Positions 57,199-64,000 of a DNA stretch of 64,000 nt are shown piece by piece. Each line of letters opens with the position of its first letter. The first letter of the stretch is position 1. The notes below the pieces were generated by a model, which was not told the origin of the DNA, did no database searches, and was given only the letters and a program-made list of their open reading frames with translations. A program made the position numbers and the translations under genes. The stretch comes from a bacterium (GTDB lineage: Bacteria; Patescibacteriota; Minisyncoccia; Phycocordibacterales; Phycocordibacteraceae), in the NCBI GenBank assembly GCA_027311385.1, contig DAICZA010000001.1, positions 5,271 through 69,270 on the forward strand, read 5' to 3'.

Positions 57199-58908
57199 CT
57201 AGCGCATAAGCCGCACGAGGCGGATGGTTTCAAACGAGTGGCGCCCGTGGAGGGCGTGGAAGACGGGCGAGAGTTTATCGCCCTGCGCCTCCGCGAGCGC
57301 CTCATGGACTTCGCCGACGATATCCAGCGGCACGAGATGCGCGAAATCACTGCGCGTGAGCTTGCCGATGTCTGCGAGCTCTTCCAAGTGATGCACGACC
57401 GTTGACGGGACAATCCCGCGCGCCTTCGCCGCGTCCTTGAGACTTTTTGCGTCCCGCACGGCGGAAAGCGTTTCCGCAAGCCGTCCCGGCAATCCCGCCG
57501 CCGTTGCATTCCCTTTTCTGTCTCCTGTTTTTTGTTTTTTACCTGCCGTCTCTTCCATCCATGCGCCGCCCATCGCTTTGACGAATTTTTTCTGCATTCC
57601 AATCTTTTCCGCCTCCGGCATCTGCACAAATGCGTCCCGCGCCGCCTCACTGGCGGCGCGGAAATCCCGGTCCTTCTCCAAAATCTCCGGATGTACCTCA
57701 AGCGCGCGCTGGTTGAGACCGGTGAGGTACACGCCGGAGAGCCGCCGCACGCGCGAGAGCGCGACGTATCCCTGCCCGTATTCAAACGCTTTGGAGAGGT
57801 CCATAATCGCGGCGTCCATACTCATCCCCTGGCTCTTGTGCACCGTCATCGCATAGGCGAGCCGCAGCGGCACCTGCGCGACGCTCGCCTTCACCTTTCC
57901 CTGCTCTTCCAGCTGCCACTCCATCGGCTCGGTAGAAATTTTCAGGCCGTCCTTCGTCTCAACGATAGGCATTCCGCCCGCGTCGGTGCCGATGACGACG
58001 CCGAGCGTCCCGTTGACGAACCTTCCTTGCGGCGAATTCTTGGTGAACATCACCGCCGCGCCTTCTTTCAATTCCAATGTCTCCGGCGAGAGACAGCCGC
58101 GCTTCAGCCCCTCTACGAGCGACTCTTTCCCTTTGGAACTCATACGGAAGGTCAGCACCTTGCCCGGGAGCTTCGCGAGCTCGGCGGCGTTGATGCGGTC
58201 CACGTCGGCGTTGTGCGAGAAGAGCTTCGGCGCGCCCAGTACCACATCCGATGTGGTACTGGGCAAGCCCGCTTCGGATTCTCCCGAGCCGATGCGACGT
58301 GCGTTTAATGCTTCATAGTGGAGCTCCTCTACGTTCCCCGCGCGGATTGCCGAGAGTACGCCGAGGAATTCCGCGTCGTCCTGCCGGTACTGCTCGGTGA
58401 GGTAGCAAGTGATGAGGTTCAGGTCGCGCCACAGGGGCGACGTGTACGCGAATTGGACGTCGCGGGCGCGCGACACCGGCGGCAACTGGAAGAAGTCGCC
58501 CACGAGTATAAGCGTGAGCCCGCCGAAGGGTTTATCCACGCGCCGCACTTCGCGGCAAATCGCGTCCGCCATTTCAAACGTCGTCGCCGAGAGCATGGAA
58601 ATCTCTTCAATGATGAGCACCTTCGCTTTCTGGATGCGCCGCGCGACATGCTCCTTGCCCGCGATGCGGTCCACGTCCGCGCGAGAAAGCGACTCGCTGA
58701 TGCCGATGCCGCTCCAGGAGTGGAGCGTCATTCCGCTTACGTGCGTCGCGGCGATGCCGGTTGCCGCCGTCACCGACGGCTCAATGCCGGAATCGCGCAG
58801 CCACGCGACGAACTCGTTGATGGTGTGTGTTTTCCCGCTCCCGGGCTCGCCGGTGAGGTACACGTTCGCACCCGTTTTCAATATGGTCAGCGCTTCGCCT
58901 TGGGTCAT
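57199..58908 (-). CDS. PIF1/RecD-family ATP-dependent DNA helicase
   Basis: Walker A GEPGSGKT, Walker B LIIEEISML, PIF1-like motifs GDFFQLPPV, ...QSQGMS; C-terminal codons lie in the right 36-bp direct repeat of the RAYT unit. Confidence 0.8.
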   Translation of the reverse strand: MTQGEALTILKTGANVYLTGEPGSGKTHTINEFVAWLRDSGIEPSVTAATGIAATHVSGMTLHSWSGIGISESLSRADVDRIAGKEHVARRIQKAKVLIIEEISMLSATTFEMADAICREVRRVDKPFGGLTLILVGDFFQLPPVSRARDVQFAYTSPLWRDLNLITCYLTEQYRQDDAEFLGVLSAIRAGNVEELHYEALNARRIGSGESEAGLPSTTSDVVLGAPKLFSHNADVDRINAAELAKLPGKVLTFRMSSKGKESLVEGLKRGCLSPETLELKEGAAVMFTKNSPQGRFVNGTLGVVIGTDAGGMPIVETKDGLKISTEPMEWQLEEQGKVKASVAQVPLRLAYAMTVHKSQGMSMDAAIMDLSKAFEYGQGYVALSRVRRLSGVYLTGLNQRALEVHPEILEKDRDFRAASEAARDAFVQMPEAEKIGMQKKFVKAMGGAWMEETAGKKQKTGDRKGNATAAGLPGRLAETLSAVRDAKSLKDAAKARGIVPSTVVHHLEELADIGKLTRSDFAHLVPLDIVGEVHEALAEAQGDKLSPVFHALHGRHSFETIRLVRLMR

Positions 58909-58926
58909 AAACCGTCAGTATACCCT

Positions 58927-61602
58927 CTATCGGTGCGCGAGCGTATGCGCCGTCCGTACGAGCAATTTCCGCGCTTCTTCTACGATGAGGATGGACGAGG
59001 CGATGATGATGATGCCGAGCCACTCGGAGAACGAGAGCGGCACGGTGTGCAGGATTGCGCGCAAGAACGGCGTGTACAGCGCCAGAAGCTGCAGCGCAAC
59101 GACCGTGAACGTCGCCCCGATGAGGTAGCGGTTGGAGAACGGGTCCCGGAAGACCGACTCGGTCTCCGAGCGGCAATTCCACGCGTTCATCCACTGGAAG
59201 ACCGCGAGTATGGTGAGCGAAATCGTCCACGCCTTCACCGGGTCGCCGCCGACGTTCAGTGCAAAGAGGGAGAGCGTGCCTACCATCATCGGCGCCGCCA
59301 TCAGAATCATGCGCAGACCCATACGGTAGTCAACCAAGTATTTCTTCGGGCGCTCAAACCGGCGCCGGAGCAGATTCCGTTCCTCGGGCTCCATCGCAAG
59401 CGCCACGTCCAAAAAGCCGTCGGTCACGAAGTTGAGCCAGAGAATCTGCACCGCAATGAGCGGGAGCGGGAAGCCGAGAATGAGCGCGCCGAGTATCACC
59501 GATACTTCCCCAAGACTGGTTGAGAACAGGTACAGCACGACTTTCTTGATGGTAACGTAGATGCTTCTCCCCTCTTCCACCGCCGAAATGATGCTCCCGA
59601 AATTATCGTCAAGGAGAACGATGTCGGCCGCCTCCTTCGCGACTTCCGTCCCGATGACGCCCATCGCGACGCCGAGGTCCGCCGCGACAAGCGACGGCGC
59701 GTCGTTGACTCCGTCGCCGGTCATAGCGATAATTTCGCCCCGCTTCTGGTATGCGCGGATGACGCGCAATTTATGTTCCGGCGTCACGCGCGCGAAAACC
59801 GATACCGCCTCAAGCTGTCCGGCGAGCGCCGTGTCCGAAAGCGCGTCCATCTCCTCGCCGGTAAGCACGCGGTCGCCCGGGTGGAAGATACCCGCCTCCT
59901 TCGCGATGGCGCGCGCGGTGAGCTTGTGGTCGCCGGTTATCATCACGACCCTGATGCCGGCGCCTTCCGCCCGCCGCACCGTCTCGGCGACGCCGGGCCG
60001 GAGCGTGTCTTGAATGCCGAAGAATCCGCCGAACACGAGGTGTTGTATCGGCTCGGCGTCGTGCGCCGGATGCGCGTCTTCCCGCACCGCGTACGCGACT
60101 GTGCGCAATCCCCGTCCGGACATATCGTCGGAAATCTCCGTCACATAGGTGCGCTCCGCGGCGCTTAGGGCGCGCGTCGTCCCCCCGGTGCGCACGCGTG
60201 TGCACAGCGCGATGACCGCCTCGGGCGCGCCGATGACGCTCACCAGCGCTGTGCCGTCCACCGCGTGCGTCGTCGCGTGGTACTTCAGCCGGTAATCAAA
60301 CGGCACTTCAAAGAGGAGCGGCGATTCGGCGATGAGGTCGTCTTTGCGGAATCCCATTTTCTCGCCGAGGACAAGCAATGCCGCTTCGGTCGGGTCGCCG
60401 GCGACGCGCCAGCGCTTATCGGCTTCGGTATACGAGACGCGCGCATTCGCGAGAAGCGCCGCGACTTTCCCCGCAAAAAAGAGCGCCTCGTGGTCCGCCG
60501 GCACCACGGCCGCTCCGTCCTGCTCCACCGCGCCGGTCGGCTCGTAACCGACGCCGCCGACGCGGTACGTCGTACCCTCGGCGTATATCTCGCGCACGAC
60601 GAGTTCGTTCTTGGTAAGCGTGCCCGTCTTATCCACCGCGATGACGCGCGCCTGCCCGAGCGCTTCCACCGCTTGGAGCCGCTTCACGAGCGCATTGCGC
60701 TTGCTCATCCGCCATACGCCGGTCGCAAGCACGAGCGTAATGACGACCGGCAATCCTTCGGGGATGATGGACACCGCGAGCGATACGACGGTCGCGAAAA
60801 TGACGGAGAGCGCCTGCCCTTCGGCAAGACCGAGCAGAAGAATCGTGACGCTCACCACAGTGACGACACTGATGATAGCGCGCGACAGCGAACGGATATC
60901 CGCTTTGAGCGGTATCTCCGATGTGATGGTATGGATGGAATGCGCTATCCGGCCGAGGGCGGTCGCACTGCCGGTTGCGACCACGACGGCTTCGCCGTTG
61001 CCCGAGACGATGCTCGTGCCCTTGAACACCATATTCACCTGCTCCGCCACCGGGACGTTCTCGCGCGAAATCGTATCCGCCGTTTTCCCGACCGGCTCCG
61101 ACTCTCCGGTCATAGAGGCTTCGTCAATCTTCAGCGTGTGCGCGGTGCGGATACGCGCGTCGGCGGGGACTTTTTCTCCCTCGTTCAGGAGCACGATATC
61201 GCCGGGAACGACCTCGCGGTCGGGGATGATGACTTCGGTGCCGTCGCGCATCACTGTCGCCGTCGTCTCGCTAAACGCCGTGAGCGCGCGGAGCGTGTTC
61301 TGCGCCCGTCCCTCCTGAATCAGGCCGACAATCGCATTAAAAAGAAGTACGGCGAAGATGATGACGCCGTCGGTCACTTCGCCGAGCAGGAGAACCGCGG
61401 CCGCGGCCGCGAGGAGGATATAGATGAGCGGGCTCGCAAACTGCCGTAGGAAGAGGGTGAACAGGCTCGGCGTCTTCCCTTTCGGCAGTTCGTTGGCGCC
61501 GAACTCCTGCAGGCGCCGTTTCGCAACGGCGGCGGAAAGTCCGTGCTCATTCGTCTCCAGTTCCGCAAAAATCTCCGGAATTGCTGTTGCGTACCAGTTC
61601 AC
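58927..61602 (-). CDS. cation-transporting P-type ATPase (type II, Ca2+/Mg2+-like)
   Basis: DKTGTLT phosphorylation site, TGES, MTGDGVNDAPSL hinge, 10 TM. Confidence 0.9.
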   Translation of the reverse strand: MNWYATAIPEIFAELETNEHGLSAAVAKRRLQEFGANELPKGKTPSLFTLFLRQFASPLIYILLAAAAAVLLLGEVTDGVIIFAVLLFNAIVGLIQEGRAQNTLRALTAFSETTATVMRDGTEVIIPDREVVPGDIVLLNEGEKVPADARIRTAHTLKIDEASMTGESEPVGKTADTISRENVPVAEQVNMVFKGTSIVSGNGEAVVVATGSATALGRIAHSIHTITSEIPLKADIRSLSRAIISVVTVVSVTILLLGLAEGQALSVIFATVVSLAVSIIPEGLPVVITLVLATGVWRMSKRNALVKRLQAVEALGQARVIAVDKTGTLTKNELVVREIYAEGTTYRVGGVGYEPTGAVEQDGAAVVPADHEALFFAGKVAALLANARVSYTEADKRWRVAGDPTEAALLVLGEKMGFRKDDLIAESPLLFEVPFDYRLKYHATTHAVDGTALVSVIGAPEAVIALCTRVRTGGTTRALSAAERTYVTEISDDMSGRGLRTVAYAVREDAHPAHDAEPIQHLVFGGFFGIQDTLRPGVAETVRRAEGAGIRVVMITGDHKLTARAIAKEAGIFHPGDRVLTGEEMDALSDTALAGQLEAVSVFARVTPEHKLRVIRAYQKRGEIIAMTGDGVNDAPSLVAADLGVAMGVIGTEVAKEAADIVLLDDNFGSIISAVEEGRSIYVTIKKVVLYLFSTSLGEVSVILGALILGFPLPLIAVQILWLNFVTDGFLDVALAMEPEERNLLRRRFERPKKYLVDYRMGLRMILMAAPMMVGTLSLFALNVGGDPVKAWTISLTILAVFQWMNAWNCRSETESVFRDPFSNRYLIGATFTVVALQLLALYTPFLRAILHTVPLSFSEWLGIIIIASSILIVEEARKLLVRTAHTLAHR

Positions 61603-61784
61603 TAGTGCAGTGTATCAGCTCCGACCGGGGCCGGCAGTACCGCCGTCTCAATGTGCACCTGTTCCCAGAAAATGCCCAGGTCGAACGCAATGAGGAACGT
61701 GGCGAGGAACACGATAACCGCCGCAAGCTTTGAGTACCAGGTCACTTTGTTCCATTCAATCTTCATACAGCCGAAGTATAGCAA
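61602..61784 (-). CDS. hypothetical small membrane protein
   Basis: 60 aa, one TM. Confidence 0.3.
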   Translation of the reverse strand: MLYFGCMKIEWNKVTWYSKLAAVIVFLATFLIAFDLGIFWEQVHIETAVLPAPVGADTLH

Positions 61785-61790
61785 ACGGGC

Positions 61791-62264
61791 TTATGCGCTT
61801 TTCAAGCGGCGGGCGGCGAAAACGGCGGTGACGAACGCGGCGATGAAGAACAGCAGGCCGGTGAAGCACGGGCTTTGGACCGGCGACACGCCGGGCGTGC
61901 AGATAAAGGCGGAGGTAGGAGGGCCGAAGAGCTTGTAATACTCCACCGCCTCGTACGCGACTACCGACGCGGCGAACACGACACAGAAGAGGAGGAAATT
62001 GCGCAGCCGGCGCTGGTTCACCGGGTGCGGCCTCTGGTACGCGCGCACCGACCAGAACAGCGCGACGAGAAATGCCGTGGAGCCGTAAAAGCAGGCGGTC
62101 GTGAGCGGATTCGGGACGGTGCAATCAGTGAAGCGAAAGAGCGTCCCATAGAGTGAATGAAAGGTGCTGAATTGGGAAAGCGTCGCTGACCAGGCGAAGA
62201 CGGTGCCTCCGAACAGGAGAAGCGTCTGGACGAGGAGGATATTTTTTGTGTCGGTTGTTTTCAT
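61791..62264 (-). CDS. hypothetical polytopic membrane protein with two Cys pairs (possible thiol-oxidoreductase-like)
   Basis: 4 TM; CTVPNPLTTAC and CTPGVSPVQSPC loops. Confidence 0.3.
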   Translation of the reverse strand: MKTTDTKNILLVQTLLLFGGTVFAWSATLSQFSTFHSLYGTLFRFTDCTVPNPLTTACFYGSTAFLVALFWSVRAYQRPHPVNQRRLRNFLLFCVVFAASVVAYEAVEYYKLFGPPTSAFICTPGVSPVQSPCFTGLLFFIAAFVTAVFAARRLKSA

Positions 62265-62273
62265 AGCGTGTTG

Positions 62274-62807
62274 TTAGCGGATGCCGCTGTCGCAGGAAAT
62301 GCTCGTCGTCGCGTACGCGCCCGCCGCGACAGTGACGACGACCGGCGCGCAGCGCGGGAGCGCGGCGCCGCCGCCTGCGTTGAGCGTGTAGGAACCGGGC
62401 GCAAGCGGGAGTGCGAACGCACCGGTCGCGTCCGAGTTCCCGATGAGAAGCGGCTTTGCAGAGCCGGTGCGGTACACCGCTATCGCCGTCGCGTACGGCT
62501 TGTCGGCGCACTGCGGGTCGGGCGGATTCCGCATCACCGGGCAGGTCGGCCCGAGTGAGACCGTCCCGCGCACGCCGGATGTGCCGGGAGGAGTGCCGCT
62601 CGGCGTGGTCGTCGCCGTCGGACACGGGGCGAATTCGCAGTCCGGCCCGACGCGCCCGACGGCGGAGCCGTCGGGGCAGAGTTTCGCCTCCAGCGAGCAC
62701 GCCTGACCCGCCGGGGCCGGTGCGGTGCGCGTGTCCACGACCCAGAGCGCTATGAGAACCGTCACCGCGACAATGACAATGATGGAAGTGTATTCCTTCA
62801 TCGTCAT
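62274..62807 (-). CDS. hypothetical secreted Cys-rich protein
   Basis: Signal/TM, 10 Cys, Pro/Gly-rich. Confidence 0.3.
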   Translation of the reverse strand: MTMKEYTSIIVIVAVTVLIALWVVDTRTAPAPAGQACSLEAKLCPDGSAVGRVGPDCEFAPCPTATTTPSGTPPGTSGVRGTVSLGPTCPVMRNPPDPQCADKPYATAIAVYRTGSAKPLLIGNSDATGAFALPLAPGSYTLNAGGGAALPRCAPVVVTVAAGAYATTSISCDSGIR

Positions 62808-62992
62808 TTCTTGTGCTTCGTCCGGTCGGTGAGTTTATATTTCATTCCGGCCTTCGGCGCGGGAGGAAATTTCTTTCCTTTGACGCTCGTTATCTCTTTC
62901 TTGGTCTTGTGCCGCGACGGGCCGATTTTGGCATACTGGGCGGACACGGGGACTTTCTGGCCGGGTTTGAATGTCTTGTTTTTGGTCGCCAT
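62804..62992 (-). CDS. hypothetical small basic protein
   Basis: 62 aa, Lys-rich; ATGA-coupled to downstream ORF. Confidence 0.3.
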   Translation of the reverse strand: MATKNKTFKPGQKVPVSAQYAKIGPSRHKTKKEITSVKGKKFPPAPKAGMKYKLTDRTKHKK

Positions 62993-63045
62993 ATGCCTTT
63001 CATCGTATCACCGCCACAGACACCGCGGCGCGAAGTCCACAGACC

Positions 63046-63345
63046 TTACACCAGTGGGAAGCCGGCGCTGTGCCAGGAGATGACGCCGCCAACGACGTTC
63101 GCTGCCCTCACACCTGCCGAGGCGAGGAATTGGCACGCCATCCCGCTCCGGTTCCCGCTCGCACAGATGAGACAGAGATTCGGCATCGCTCGCAAGCGGT
63201 CAACCGCGTGAGGCACCATCTGGAGCGGAATGTTTTCCGACCCCTCTACGTGCGCGTCGGCATATTCGGCCGGCGAACGCACATCAATAATCGTCGCGCC
63301 TCCGGCGCGACGATTATTCAGTTCTGCAACGGTTATCTGTTCCAT
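63046..63345 (-). CDS. rhodanese-like domain protein (sulfurtransferase)
   Basis: Active-site loop CASGNRS, 99 aa single rhodanese domain. Confidence 0.8.
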   Translation of the reverse strand: MEQITVAELNNRRAGGATIIDVRSPAEYADAHVEGSENIPLQMVPHAVDRLRAMPNLCLICASGNRSGMACQFLASAGVRAANVVGGVISWHSAGFPLV

Positions 63346-63465
63346 ACGCGGCCAGTATACATAAAATCACACGCCGAGTGTACTCCCTACAATACAATTT
63401 GGTTTGCTACAGAAACGAAAAGCCCACGATGGAGCGCGTGGGCTAATCGTGGGCCATGGGATGTT

Positions 63466-63978
63466 TTATCCCATAACGAGCTTCACAAGCGGATTGTTCT
63501 TGTCGGACCAGTTCTTGGCCCCGACCTGCTTTGAAAAGAACTGCCTTAGCAAGTCTTTTGATGCCTCCTGCAAAACTCCTCCCGTGATCACCGGCCGCTC
63601 TTCCTGGAATCTCGGGCAGAGCATGGAAGGATTCTTGAGCAGGAAGCCACCGCCGCCGTACGGGTCGTCAAGCGCGTAGACGATGCGCGAGACACGTGCG
63701 GTCATGAGCATACTAAGGCACATGATGCACGGTTCCAGCGTCGTATATACCGTAAATCCGTCCAGATTCCGCGGTCCTTCCCTGCTCCACAACGCTTGGT
63801 AACAGCCGTTATGCTCGGCGTGGTCAAACAACGGGTGGTTGATGCCGGTCTTTCGGCCGTGAGCAACGACCTGTCCGTTTCTGACGAATACCGCCCCGAC
63901 GGGGATCCAGCTATTGTTCAACGCCAGTCCCGCCTGTTCCAACGCGAGTTGCATAAAATCCTCGTCAGTATCTTTCAT
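63466..63978 (-). CDS. cytidine/deoxycytidylate deaminase family protein (TadA-like)
   Basis: HAEHNG (H-A-E zinc ligand) and PCIMC motifs. Confidence 0.8.
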   Translation of the reverse strand: MKDTDEDFMQLALEQAGLALNNSWIPVGAVFVRNGQVVAHGRKTGINHPLFDHAEHNGCYQALWSREGPRNLDGFTVYTTLEPCIMCLSMLMTARVSRIVYALDDPYGGGGFLLKNPSMLCPRFQEERPVITGGVLQEASKDLLRQFFSKQVGAKNWSDKNNPLVKLVMG

Positions 63979-64000
63979 TTCCGCACCTCTCTCTAATTTC

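Larger units (their letters stand above)
56363..57240 (+). mobile_element. RAYT (IS200-like Y1 transposase) unit flanked by REP-like palindromes and 36-bp direct repeats
   Basis: Direct repeats CATAAGCCGCACGAGGCGGATGGTTTCAAACGAGTG at 56363-56398 and 57205-57240; palindromes ATGATGGGTTTCCGAAACCCATCAT (56425-56449) and GATGGGTTTCGGAAACCCTTCATC (57152-57175). Confidence 0.7.

Overview
This 64 kb window is a gene-dense, high-GC bacterial chromosomal segment made mostly of housekeeping genes on both strands. Recognised genes, in order: recR (5' truncated), an ECF-type sigma factor, a DEAD-box helicase, rplU, rmuC, yqeY, tRNA-Glu, a reduced dcw cluster (mraZ-rsmH-ftsL-ftsI-murF-like), lysS, greA, an elongasome cluster (mreB-mreC-mreD-mrdA), proS, rseP, frr, a holB-like gene, a second mreB paralog, murA, def-fmt, hpf, a DUF167 gene and a glutaredoxin. 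A tRNA-Asn is split by a group I intron that encodes an HNH endonuclease. Further along are cell-envelope genes (L,D-transpeptidase, mltG, pgsA, polysaccharide deacetylase, PAP2, sortase plus its substrate), cspA, a SET-domain protein, large secreted repeat/tail-fibre-like proteins, an alpha-glucan cluster (GT4-GH57-GH15), a RAYT/REP transposase unit, a PIF1-like helicase, a P-type ATPase, a rhodanese and a deaminase. The Mur ligase lacking its N-terminal domain, the short ProS and the intron-containing tRNA hint at a small-genome lineage, possibly Patescibacteria/CPR; this is inference only. The main discovery is a family of seven palindromic elements with termini TCCCGTTAGAG...CTCTAACGGGA. 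Each is inserted exactly in a gene start codon, is flanked by a 4-bp target duplication (TGNN), and regenerates an ATG (once GTG) on both sides. Six copies are 87-125 bp MITE-like derivatives and one is a 284-bp copy encoding a GIY-YIG nuclease end to end. In several copies the left ATG opens an uninterrupted mini-ORF that stops at or immediately before the host gene's start codon, which looks like a translational-coupling design. Coordinates near 12.7-12.9 kb may be off by one because the printed sequence and the ORF track disagree by a nucleotide there.
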